Below are positions 12,809 to 23,382 of a stretch of 64,000 nt of DNA, one piece after another; position 1 is the first letter of the stretch, and each line of letters opens with the position of its first letter. The position numbers and the translations under genes were made by a program. Below the pieces are notes generated by a model that saw only the letters and a list, made by a program, of their open reading frames with translations, was not told the DNA's origin and did no database searches. This stretch comes from Octopus sinensis. Its lineage: Eukaryota. Location of the stretch: the NCBI RefSeq assembly GCF_006345805.1, contig NC_043004.1:18724001-18788000 (forward strand). The letters run 5' to 3'.

Positions 12809-13231
12809 ACGTATATTTGCCATTACGTCACGATGTGTTGTAGCTACTATTTATAACTCGCTCTGAGATTTATTATTGCTTGTTTCCACTTTTTCGATAT
12901 CAGTGTCTATCGATACTGGAAAAAGGTATAAGTATTTGTGAAGGGAACCTACTTCTCATCGACAACTGTGATTGTCACACGCCGATGACGGGTCAATACT
13001 CAGAAACTCGAGTCTGTGTGTATCATAAGTTGAAGACGGGAAGGATGGCTCCCCTTTGCAAATACTGACAGGGCACAGAAAGTGTGTCTATAGCCAGCTG
13101 GAGGAGGTGTCCTCCTGGGGCTACAAACTACAGTAGCATCCACCCTTTGGGGTTAGCCATAATTGAATGGCAAATATACGTCACGATGTGTTGTAGCTAC
13201 TGTTTATAACTCACTCTGAGATTTATTATTG
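12809..13231 (+). mobile_element. Non-coding hammerhead-bearing retroelement (PLE-derived, retrozyme-like) with 12-bp TSD
   Basis: TSD actgtacaagtg at 12797-12808 and 13232-13243; absent from A'; ~55-bp terminal direct repeat; short inverted 5' end; internal hammerhead. Confidence 0.75.
12976..13020 (+). ncRNA. Minimal hammerhead ribozyme (variant core)
   Basis: CACACG-CCGATGA-CGGGtcaataCTCA-GAAA-CTCGA-GTC-TGTGTG; palindromic ACTCGAGT stem III. Confidence 0.65.
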
Positions 13232-13879
13232 ACTGTACAAGTGTATGTTGCAAAAGTCTGCGAGTCCAAGTAGATGAGAAATAAAACAAAAATTAAACAA
13301 ACAGTACGCAAGAAAGGTCAGAATTGTGGCTGAAAATTAGGCCAGAATATAATTGTAAAAATAGCAGGAAAGAAAATCTGATGAGGATACCCCTATGTAC
13401 GTGAGCGAGACGAGGGCAGCTAAATGCGGGACTGAGTGAGTGAGAGGCTCGTACATGATCATGTGCATGTACACCAGTGAGTCGGTGTAGTGTCTAATCT
13501 TGGGTCGGTAGTTGCACATTTATATGCATTTGGATAAGTGCATTTGAATTGAATACTCGTGGGTGAGTATTGTGAACGATTTCAGCTATTTTCGAGCGTT
13601 GGAGCATAAGCAGCTGAAGGGCGCTGGCATCTTCTAACCATTGCAATTATATGCATATTGCTAGCAATGAATGTGTTTGCAAGTGTTGGTATGCATGCTG
13701 TTCATGTTATAGTGCTTGCGATGTATACGTGTGCTTTGAATCGTATAGTCAAAGAAATGCACCCCACTACTGACACTCGTTCAATCGCATTCTTTTGCGG
13801 TACCGCTAATTTAAACAAACCAACAACGGTTGGAGAGTAGTTGGAGGGGTAATACCTGCCTATATACATATTTACAGTA

Positions 13880-14080
13880 AACTTCCGCACAATTTCCCTC
13901 TGTTAAATTCACTAAGGAATTACAACCGTGTTTCGTGGTCTGCTACCACAACAGCTCCTTTATAGGATCCAGTTAGCTCAAGACATCATCAGGAGAAACC
14001 ACGTCCGGTTTCGGCCCCTACTCCTCTACCGTTTTGACGTGGCGCCCCCCCCCCTTTCGGAGGTGTCTTCAGCTCTGGTG
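13880..14080 (-). mobile_element. PLE terminal-repeat-like fragment with degenerate hammerhead cores
   Basis: Minus strand CTGATGA-TGTC...GACCAC-GAAAC-ACG-GTT and CTGAAGA...GGCC-GAAAC. Confidence 0.4.
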
Positions 14081-15061
14081 TTGGTCGGCCGGAATTATGC
14101 AGAAGATACAGTCGGACTGAACCCAAAACCAAGTGGTTCCTAAGCAAATTTCTTAACCACAGCCATGCCTTTACCTGTATATATCATTCGTGTATTAGTG
14201 TGCGTGTTTGTATGTGTGCGTGTATATATGTATATGTATGTGTGTGTACATGTCTGAGCATGTGTGCGCGTGTGCGTGTGTGTCTGCCTAATAGATTGCT
14301 ATAGGGAAAAGTAAATTTTTCAGAGTTAAGTTTCGGGTCAATAATTAATAAAATCATCTCTCCTGTTAAGTCAAATTTTGAAACATGAAACGATAATTTT
14401 TGATTATAAACAGATTTTGAATTGTAAGAAAATACTAATGATCACTGAAACATGTTCAACTGGTTTTTCAAAGTTTATTTCAGAGGTAGAGAGTGAAAAT
14501 ATTTATAATAGTCATATTCAAATAATAATGCTGACGTTAGAAAACGAATAAATTCTCATTCCTTATCTTCGATACTTCGGAAATATTTACATACCGGATT
14601 AATGACCAAGAACACTGTAATGACAAACGAAAATGTAATAATAAAACCAGTTTTAAATAAATCAAATATAATTAATGAAATGATATCGAAATGATTTAAA
14701 GCTATCATTACATGAAAACATTTTATTCAACAGAATTTCATTTAATATTCTTTCTGAGAAGCATTTCGAAGTTGAAGTTAAATAATTATATTCAACAACC
14801 ATTACCATCAGTTATATTGACGAAGACAGAAAATAATAAATTTGAAAAAGCACCATTAGTATTTACCTATGTCTGTCTCAGAGGCAGAATATTACAAAAA
14901 AAAGCCAAAACAGGAGATCACAAATTCCATCAAATACTGATACCTTTCTGTCGGTATATTATTATCTCCTCTTCTGCCATCTCAACGTTGTGCTCCCGTA
15001 TTTGTGTGTTACCAAATGATAAAGTTGTTAAACATCCAATCTTCTACACCTTTATACCAAA

Positions 15062-15567
15062 CTAGCAGTATCGCCCGGCGTTGCTCGGGTTTGTAAGGGA
15101 AATAACTATATAAGCATTTTTAGAGAGTTACTTCCCTTATAAATTCGGGCTTTCTTAGCCATTTTTATTTTGGTGTCTTCAAGCCATGAAGTCGTTGTTC
15201 TAAAAGAACGCTGGTTTCCTTCACAACGCATTACGACGTTGATTTCTTTACACTCCCTTCCCCACAGCTTCACGAGGGAGGGAAGGGGGAGAAGCAAACA
15301 GGTGCAGCTGTGAGCGTGGACGCCAACTCCGCCGCCATCGACACACGATGCATTTTATGCATTAAAATGGAATAAAAAATGATGTTAAATTATTTTTAAA
15401 ATCGTAGACTCATCGTTGACGCGCGCTAATAGTCAGACGGGCTCGATATGAATCACGACTATAAGATACCCGAATTTGGTTAAATTGCACCGCAAAATGT
15501 GGGAGGAGTTAGGAATCTAAATCGAAGGGGACAGACACTCACACAACTAGAGTTTTATATATATAGA
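15062..15567 (-). mobile_element. Non-autonomous Helitron
   Basis: Minus strand starts TC and ends CTAG; 3' hairpin cccgagcaacgccggg; inserted at A|T with no TSD; empty site in A' (gcata|tttga at ~37370). Confidence 0.9.
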
Positions 15568-15989
15568 TATGCTACAGCATTTAAGCCATTGCGAATTAAC
15601 TTCAACAGTCTCCAAAAGAAATGTCAGCCATTGTACTCTAATTCTAATTTCCGAATATTTTGGAAATTTCAGAATTTTTTGAAGTAAACTTTTAATTAAT
15701 TAGGTTTCCCTTCATTTCCCTTTACTCAATAATATGCCATTATTCGTTAGGTTGATATATATTAGTAATAATAGAAAAAGTGTAATGCTTGTAAATGATT
15801 TTACTCACATGCGGCAGGCTCCAGAACAGAGAAATTCCCATATTCCATCGACAAGTGTCTCGCATACATTTACACAACCTGCAGATAAATCTAATCCACG
15901 AAGCTTGTCAACAAGTCCGGACACTTAAAAATATGAAAAAGAAAAATAATTAATTTTAAGAATTGTTAGTAAATGAATGAAAGATACAG

Positions 15990-16680
15990 TATTCGAAAGG
16001 CGGTTAAAAAGTTCATAGGCCCAAAAGGTACAGTCATTGAATGTGACCAGATGAGGTTTGTTTTTCAACATAGTCTCCCTTGCGCTCCACACACTTCTTC
16101 GATCGGTGTTGCAGTGCTTCGATCATATTGGTGAACAAGCTTTCATCCTGTTGGTAAAAACTCATTAACAGCAGATATGATGTCATCCTCACTGCCATAG
16201 TGGTTCCCAGCCAAGTGTTTTTTCCTGTTGGTGAACAAATGGGGGCCAAATCAGGAGAACAGTGAGGGTAATCAACCAGTTTAAAGCCACAGTTACGCAC
16301 AACAGCCATTGAAGCCAAGGACTTGTGTCCTGAAGCATTGTTCTGATAACCAACACTCCTTTCCTCAGTTTCCCTAGGTGTATGGTATTGACATCCTTTC
16401 GCAACTGCCTCAGCAATCTGGCATAGTACTCTCCATCGATGGCATGGAAATTTTGGAGATATTCAATAAACACAATGATTTTTGCATCCTAAAAAGCTGA
16501 GGCCATCACCTTTCCTGAAAATGAAATGACTTTGGTCTTCGTTGGAACAAATGAGGAGGAGTGATTCCACTGCATGGATTGTCATCCTGTCTCTGGTTCA
16601 AAGTGCTGAACCTAACATTCATCCTGGATTAGAAAACGTCCAAGGAAACCAAATGGATCTGCCTCATACAATGACAGATG
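15990..16680 (-). mobile_element. Mariner fragment (3' half), inserted before the duplication
   Basis: YPHCSPDLAP and GKLRKGVL motifs; one TIR at 15990; same insertion at 37762. Confidence 0.9.
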
Positions 16681-16819
16681 AGAAAGATTAGAGGAGGGGA
16701 GACATTCGATAGAAGAAGGGAAAGAGAATGGCCGAAATTGAGGAAGGGATAATCATAAAGATAGCTTTTGTAATTGGTTCATCTCACAAAACATTTGTTT
16801 GGTGCAGGAATGGCTGTAT

Positions 16820-16950
16820 GGTAAGAAGATTGTTTCAGTCTCACTGCGCGGTACCTTGGGCAGGTGTCTTCTAATATAGCCTCGGGTCGACCAAAACCTT
16901 GTGAATGGATTTGGTGGACAGAGACTCACAGAAGACCTTCGTATAAATTC
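16820..16950 (+). mobile_element. SINE family A head (CORE-like ccttgggcaggtgtctt); tail at ~17700-17890
   Basis: Similarity to other family A copies. Confidence 0.75.
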
Positions 16951-17106
16951 TGCTACATTTTTTCTGAGAGGAAATACAGTTCTTATTTCCATATATATTA
17001 TATATATCATAAATTAAAAAAAAATCGGGGAAAAGGCAACAATAAAAAGCAATAACGTGAGGACGTAGCACATGTACAGTATTAATAAGGCGCTCACAGA
17101 AGGATT

Positions 17107-17141
17107 GCTTTATGTTTCGAGCATAGCTCTTCTTCGGAAAC
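17107..17141 (-). ncRNA. Minimal hammerhead ribozyme (variant core) in a 6140-type repeat
   Basis: Minus strand GTTT-CCGAAGA-A-GAGC-tat-GCTC-GAAAC-ATA-AAGC. Confidence 0.6.
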
Positions 17142-17398
17142 AGGAAGTATAGGAAAGTCCAAAGGAAAAGGAAGAAGGAGGGAAAAAAGTCGACAACAGT
17201 CGACGCGTAATTATATTTTTGAAACGACCGGAATTAGAAGGATAAAGAGAAAGTGCTTTCTGGGACAGGTGCGTGTGAGGAATGGTTGGTATATGTGTGC
17301 ATATGTGTGTGTACCTGTATGCGTGTATGGTGGCATGTTTGTGTGTGTGTGTGATAGCGTATGCGTGTATGGTAGCGTGTGTATGTGTGTGTGATAGT

Positions 17399-17433
<35 letters not shown>

Positions 17434-18489
17434 GCGTGATAGCATGTGTGCGTGTGGCGGTAACTGCGTTTGTAATGTCGTAGTGAGAGATCAGCTGCTA
17501 TAGTGACAGGTGTGTGTATGGGTGGGTGTGGTAGTGCGTGTGTACGTATGTATGTGTGTTTTAGCATGTGAGTTTAGATGCAATGGTCAATATTGAGTTG
17601 GAGCAGTCTGAAGCAGTCTGATAGGTATGTGAATGAGTGGACGTGGATGTGCGTTCATGTGTGTTTTCGTGTATGCATGTATGTGTGCGTGTGTTTGTCT
17701 ATGTTTGTCCCCAACATCACCGCTTGACAACCGGTGTTGGTGTGTTTACGTCCCCGTAACTTAGCGGTTCTGCAAAAGAGAAGGATACAAGTACAATCCT
17801 TAAAAAATAAATTCTTGATTGTCTGAAACCCCACAAGGCGGTGTTCCATCGTGTGTTCAGTCAGATGATAAAAACAAGAAAAAGAATAACAGAAAAGAAA
17901 CAACTGTCTTCAGGTCATTTACTATTGTATTGAAATTTCACACCGGCCACTCACTCTCATGGTCAACTTAAATCTATAATATTTGGTCATTCGGACCATC
18001 TCACATTGAGAGTGAATTGTATTCGAAAAAAAAAATGATTGAAAACTTAGCAGTAACTACAGGGCAGGTAAGAGTGGATAGTAAATAGAAATAGAAGAAA
18101 AATGTGAGGTTAAAAATAAGACCAAATTAAAAATTAAATAAAAATGAAATCGAAATATAACTTTGAATTAAGTTTAACAATTTTCAAAAAATTAAAATAT
18201 GAAAAGAATTAAGGATTAAAAATTAGAATTGAAAAATTAAAAATCAAAAAATATTAAAAGCATTAAAAAATGAAAAAGATTGAAAAAAATTGTAAAAACT
18301 AGTTATGCCTTGTCTTGTATATTCACTGATTAAAAACCAGCATAAGCGGAACACAACAATGGATTTACAATATGGAATGGTGATGAACTATAACTTTGGA
18401 CCCTGTTTATTTTGAGTGTTCAAAAATAGCTATGGTGTGAATAAATTGGATGGCTGTACCTTTTATTTCTCGGTTTTTGTCAACAATAT

Positions 18490-18710
18490 TTGGCACAGGT
18501 CCAGCAAGTTTGTGTGGGATGGTGTGTGGGGTGCGGTGGATAAGCCGATTACATCGATCACAATGTTCTACTGGCACTTATTTTATCGATCTAGAAAGGG
18601 TGAAAGGCAAAGTCGACCTCAGTGGCATTTTAACTCAGAACGTGAAGACGGACGAAATGTCGCCAAGAATTTTGCCTGGCGCTCTAACGATTCTGCAACC
18701 TCGCCAACTT
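18490..18710 (+). mobile_element. SINE family B
   Basis: tggcacttattttatcgat...aaaggcaaagtcgacctc...aactcagaacgt motif; also at 21020, 41940 and 47795. Confidence 0.85.
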
Positions 18711-18773
18711 TGTCAACGATATTTAAGAACGTAAAGTAGAAGCCAGCTAAGGAAAGACATGCAAGGCTTTTTT

Positions 18774-18779
18774 TTTATT
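18774..18779 (-). terminator. AATAAA polyadenylation signal of peptide gene B
   Basis: About 86 nt downstream of the stop; conserved in B' (42205-42210). Confidence 0.7.
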
Positions 18780-18864
18780 CTTCCCATTAATTTGATGAAC
18801 ATAGACGTTTAGGTGAATTGTCGATAACTAAAGGCGGTATTTGGGAGTGACGTTTATACCTTTT

Positions 18865-19074
18865 TCAAGGGTACTTGCAGAATAAAGCTTTACAAAAGAA
18901 GTCATCCTTGTAGATTCGTTCACCTGTAGATAACTTTAAATAGAAATATGTCCAAATGTAATGAAATGACAGCAACTTACAAGAAAATCTCTTATCGATA
19001 TCCTCGTCATATTGGGACATAGCTGCCATTGCCAATGGCAACAAAACCAGCAACATTATAAACACGACCTTCAT
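18865..19074 (-). CDS. Small secreted prepropeptide, copy B: join(19074..18981,18923..18865), MKVVFIMLLVLLPLAMA-AMSQYDEDIDKR-FSCERIYKDDFFCKALFCKYP (50 aa)
   Basis: Hydrophobic signal peptide ending A-M-A; acidic pro-region; KR site; donor T|GTAAGT at 18980 and acceptor CTACAG| at 18924 (57-nt intron); upstream acceptor ttttcttttcatttaatttgttccag at 19083; A at -3; intact in both paralogues. Confidence 0.85.
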   Translation of the reverse strand: MKVVFIMLLVLLPLAMAAMSQYDEDIDKRFSCKLLSFHYIWTYFYLKLSTGERIYKDDFFCKALFCKYP

Positions 19075-19563
19075 TATTGTTTCTGGAACAAATTAAATGA
19101 AAAGAAAAAGATTATTTTTCTAAATACTGTTTCAATTGTTAAAAACTCGGAAAATAAAACCCAACCTAAAATAGTTCTACAAATTTGCACTGTACAAGGA
19201 TATTTGGTCTCAGAAGAAACTATGATTTAGGGATGAACTAATGGAATAATTTCATACTTAAGCGGTTTAGCGACATTATTTATAAATATATAGGCAAGTG
19301 GAATCAAGGATTGTTTTGATTTTGAAAAGAAGTTATAGCTTGCTCTACAGTAATCACCACAAAGTCGATTAATAGTTGAAAGTAATATTATTGTTATGTT
19401 TACTTGTGAGAATGTCTGATAAAAGTGTATAGGGAATGGTATGTTCTTGAAGCTTTTGTCAAGGACATTTGTATGACGTAAGGTACTAACAATTAATTTG
19501 GATATTGTAACTGAGTTACAAAAAATTATATACAGGACTTTCAACTCCTTGTGTAAAGCGTAC

Positions 19564-19602
19564 CGTCTCTGCTACATCATCGTCCCCGTTAGTTTATTTA
19601 TA
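19564..19602 (-). promoter_or_regulatory. TATA box (TATAAATA, 19602-19595) and short 5'UTR exon ending at donor ACG|GTACGC (19563)
   Basis: Conserved in B' (TATA 42809-42802, donor GTATGC at 42770); a ~220-bp deletion in B' lies wholly within the predicted intron 1. Confidence 0.6.
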
Positions 19603-21019
19603 AAAATCACAGGTAAGAGAAATATTATTATGTAACTTTTCTGTCTTTCTCGTGAATAGTTACAAAATATTTTCAGTATTTCGAATCATTACTAAACCAC
19701 CGATAACTTACTTAGATCATGTGGATCTAATTATAATGATAATAGTTTGTTTTGGTTAAAGAGAATAATCCTATATGTAAAAGGGAATTATCATTTTTCC
19801 AAATACATCAGCAGCACAAATGATTTCATGATTTCAAACTGGAATCGAAATCTTTTCACACGGTCATTTCTGTTACTCTGCCTTCTTAAATTTTCCATAC
19901 TGACATATATGGAAATGATATTAATCTTAATCTTGCTATGTACTTTTAGAGACAGAACAGCTAAAGAGATTAGATTAAATAAGTACAAAGGCCTTCTACT
20001 ATAAAGTATATGTACAAAGAACTGATTTATAAGCGAAGAAGCATGCAATTCTACATCTTTCACATCAAGTAATATTTCGTAAGCTTTGTTATTTATAGAA
20101 ATCCTGGATTACTAAATGAGTTTGATGTTTCAGTTAATTCTACCACCTTCATTTATGCTGAAGGTTAATTGAAAACTTAACATTCGGTGGTGGAATATCT
20201 CATTTGTTCAACACAGAAATAATAAATTCGAGAAGGCACGATCGGTATTTACTTATGTCTTTCTCAGAGACAGAATATTACAACTAAAGTGAAAACGGGA
20301 AATCACCAGATCCTATCCATAAAGTTAATTCTTTTACTAATCATGGAGTTCCATAGCAACGCCGTATTGCTTTTCATGGAACTAGACGGGTGAGAGACAC
20401 ATCAACCGTTGAATAAAATGCTAGCCTATTGCAGATAACTTTATCAGGATGTCGCCGTATCGCTATTTACACTTTAGGTCGAATGGGACAATTTAAAACC
20501 AAATTTCCTCCCAAGCAATTGAATCAATTCCCCATAACGGAAATGAATTCACAGTATAAGGCTTCAAGATAACATTTATCAGGCTAAACTGATTAAAATT
20601 TCTGAATTTGCACTACCCAAACTAGTGTTTCTCTTTTGAATTAGTGAATCAATAAGTTCAATAAGTTATTAATATAAGGACAATATTCCGCAGAAATAAA
20701 TTCCTTACCTTGGTTGATGCAGGACTTCCAATTCTAAAGTACCGACCTTTGCTCCCTTAAACCTATTTATTGAATCTTCACAGATGGCACTTTTCCCTTA
20801 GGGTATGCTTTATCGTTCAGAAATATCTAAATGTGATAAAGAATATGAAGTTATCATAAAATAGGTGAATTTATTTGCCTTTTGTAAAAGCGTTTAAAAG
20901 TGCTAATCATCTTTAGACAGAGTAATAATCTATTCAACAATTACCTAAATCTGAGTTAACCAAACAAGGACACATGTACTATAGTTAATCACATATAAAG
21001 TAGTTTCAAATTTTGGCAG

Positions 21020-21190
21020 CAATTTCAATATTAGTGGATTAGACTGATCCCAGTGTTCAACTGGTACATATTTTATCGACCCAGAAATGATAAAAGGCGA
21101 AGTCGACCGCAGCTGAATTTGAACTCTGAACGTAAACACAAACGAAATACTGCTAAGCATTTTGCCCCACGTGCTAACGATTCTCGATTC
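21020..21190 (+). mobile_element. SINE family B
   Basis: Same motif as the 18490 copy; paralogous to 47795. Confidence 0.8.
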
Positions 21191-21429
21191 TGTCAACTCT
21201 CCGTCTTACTTACTATATTAAGATATGTTATTGTTTGTATTATTATCAAGATGATCGTGGCCCGTGATCATCATGAAGTGCAAGAAGTCTTGTGTGTGAT
21301 AATTCTAACGTGGGATGGTTTTGAGTATTAGAAAGTCTACGTATTCAATATGTCTTACCTTTATTTTTATAACGGTTTAGTGCGACAGACCAGCTACTTT
21401 TACTTTGCTGAGCAACTAAGTAGTAGCTA

Positions 21430-21600
21430 TCCCGTTGGCTCACTTCTTTAGTGGTAAGAAGCTTGCTTCCCAATGACATGATTTCGGGTTCGGTTTCACT
21501 GCGTGGTACATTTGGCAAGTGTCTTCTGCTATACCATCGGAATGATCAGTTGTGACAGGATTTGGTAGACAGAAACCGAAAGAAGCCCATTGTGTGTTTA
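21430..21600 (+). mobile_element. SINE family A head
   Basis: gtggtaagaagcttgcttcccaa...gggttcggtttcactgcgtggtacatttggcaagtgtctt. Confidence 0.8.
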
Positions 21601-21620
21601 TGTGAGTGTATCTTTGTGTA

Positions 21621-22913
21621 CGATGTGGTATCATAAAGTTCCAGGAATAGTTATGTTTATTAAAAAATAACTTATTTACCTAAGTTTTAACATCATTTCT
21701 TTCGAAATAGTCATCTTATGCAGCAATACACCGGTCCCAGTGATCCCGCTACTTTTAAAATCCGGCCTAGAAGTCGTTTTCCGTAAGCGCACCGAGGACC
21801 CTCTGCGATTCGCTCTTGATCTCCAACGGTGACATCTGAGCTACATTTTCATCTTGGGAAAGAGATGGAAATCCGCAGGTGCTAAATCTGGTAAATAGGG
21901 CGAGTTGCAGAAGCGATGCCATGTTTTTGGCGAGAAACTCGCGAGTGAGAAGACCTGGGTGATAGGGTGCATTGTCGGCGTGAAGAATCCAATTCTTCAC
22001 AGTCCACAGATCCGGTGGCTTTCACTGAATGTCCTCCCTCAGATGCTTCAAATCTTCGCAGTAGAACTCTCTGGCTCTGGGGGGCGAATTCTTGATGTAC
22101 AATATCGCGTATGTCGAAAAAAAACAAAAACGACGAGTACGTACTTGATTGAGATGCGACTCTGTTGTGCATTTTTCGGTTGTAGAGATGAATGGCTCTT
22201 CCATCGTGATGACTGCTGCTTAGTCTCAGGGTCGTACCCATAGATCCAGCTCTCGTAACCGGTGATGATCCTCGACATGAAGCATGGATCATCAGCGGCA
22301 CGCTGACGGAGATCTTGACAGACTTGGACGCGATGCACTTTCTGCTAAGTGGTCAGCAGGCGGGGACAAACTTGACAGAGACACGCTTCATGTTCAATTC
22401 AAAGGTTAGGATTGCCTGCACGGACCCATACAACAGATGAACAACATCAACATTGTCGTTGATTTTTCTTCGACGGTCCTTATGCACAAGATGATGAAAT
22501 TTCTTCCCATTTCCAGGGCTGACGCTTGTGGCAGGTCTTCCAGATCGCTTATCATCTTCCAGGGACGTTCTTCCATTTTCGAAGCGCCCGTGCCACTCGA
22601 AACATAGCTTAGACCCATTTCCCCGTCGCTGTAGGCTTGGCGAAGCATCATCAATGTCTCTGTAGCAGACTTCCCAAGTTTAGCGCAAAATTTCACGTTG
22701 ACTCTTTGTTTCTGTTCATGAAAAAATTGCAGACTACAGCATACATGAGATCACAAACATACAAATTTCACAGCTTTCGAAGTAAACACAGCGATGTCAC
22801 GCGGCATACTGCCTCTAGAAAGTCACTGCTAGCTCTTACTGTACACGCAATCATGTGCTGCCATCTCCTGACGCGCTACAGAACTAGTCCGGGAACATTT
22901 TGATACCACCTCA
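21621..22913 (-). mobile_element. Full-length, decayed mariner transposon
   Basis: Imperfect ~32-bp TIRs; transposase pieces VKFCAKLGKSATETL, IITGYESWIYGYDPETKQQS, WILHADNAPYH; frameshifts. Confidence 0.93.
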
Positions 22914-23382
22914 TGTGTACATCTCTCAAGATCGCTTGACGACCTGTGTTGGTTTTTTTACACTCCCGTAACATTAATAATTCGGCAAAAGAGACCGATA
23001 CAATAAGTACCTGATTAAAAAAATTGTATGGGTGTGGTGGGGTTAGATTCGTTCGACAAAACTACGAATAAGAAATATAAATATTAGAAATAATATAGGA
23101 ACTGAAAATAAGGAATACCAAAATATGAAGTTTAAATATAACCGTTGAATAGTGACACTTCCACATCGTATATTAGCAACAATAAACCGCCCCCAAAATG
23201 TAAGAAATCTGATGTTCTATGGTACAATTCTGTCTACGGATAATAAATATCATCTAAAAGTGGTCAAGAATTCTTTACCGCAGTGGATAAATATTTTACA
23301 AAATCCAATGCATACCATAATTTTTTTTTACAGGCAAACAGTGAAGGTATCATATGCAAACTCTAGTAACCTAGAATACTAT

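Larger units (their letters stand above)
7950..16700. repeat. Segmental duplication block A (paralogue of A' 27720-38070)
   Basis: Colinear same-strand similarity, e.g. 8161~27851, 9498=28981, 10451~29566, 11880~34430, 14700~37010, 15990~37762. Confidence 0.95.
17940..21345. repeat. Segmental duplication block B (paralogue of B' 39740-48137)
   Basis: Colinear with 39740-39915, 41820-44170 and 47690-48137. Confidence 0.95.

Noticed and set aside
18865-18900. Oxytocin/vasopressin, urotensin II or somatostatin identity for the C-x4-C peptide
   Set aside because: Only the Cys spacing matches; there is no PxG-amide tail or neurophysin and no FWK pharmacophore, so no gene symbol was assigned
18924-18940. 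Alternative upstream acceptor (TTTAAAG|) giving FSFIYR-stop in both copies
   Set aside because: The intron would be only 47/44 nt and the AAG acceptor is weaker than CTACAG; RNA-seq is needed to exclude it fully
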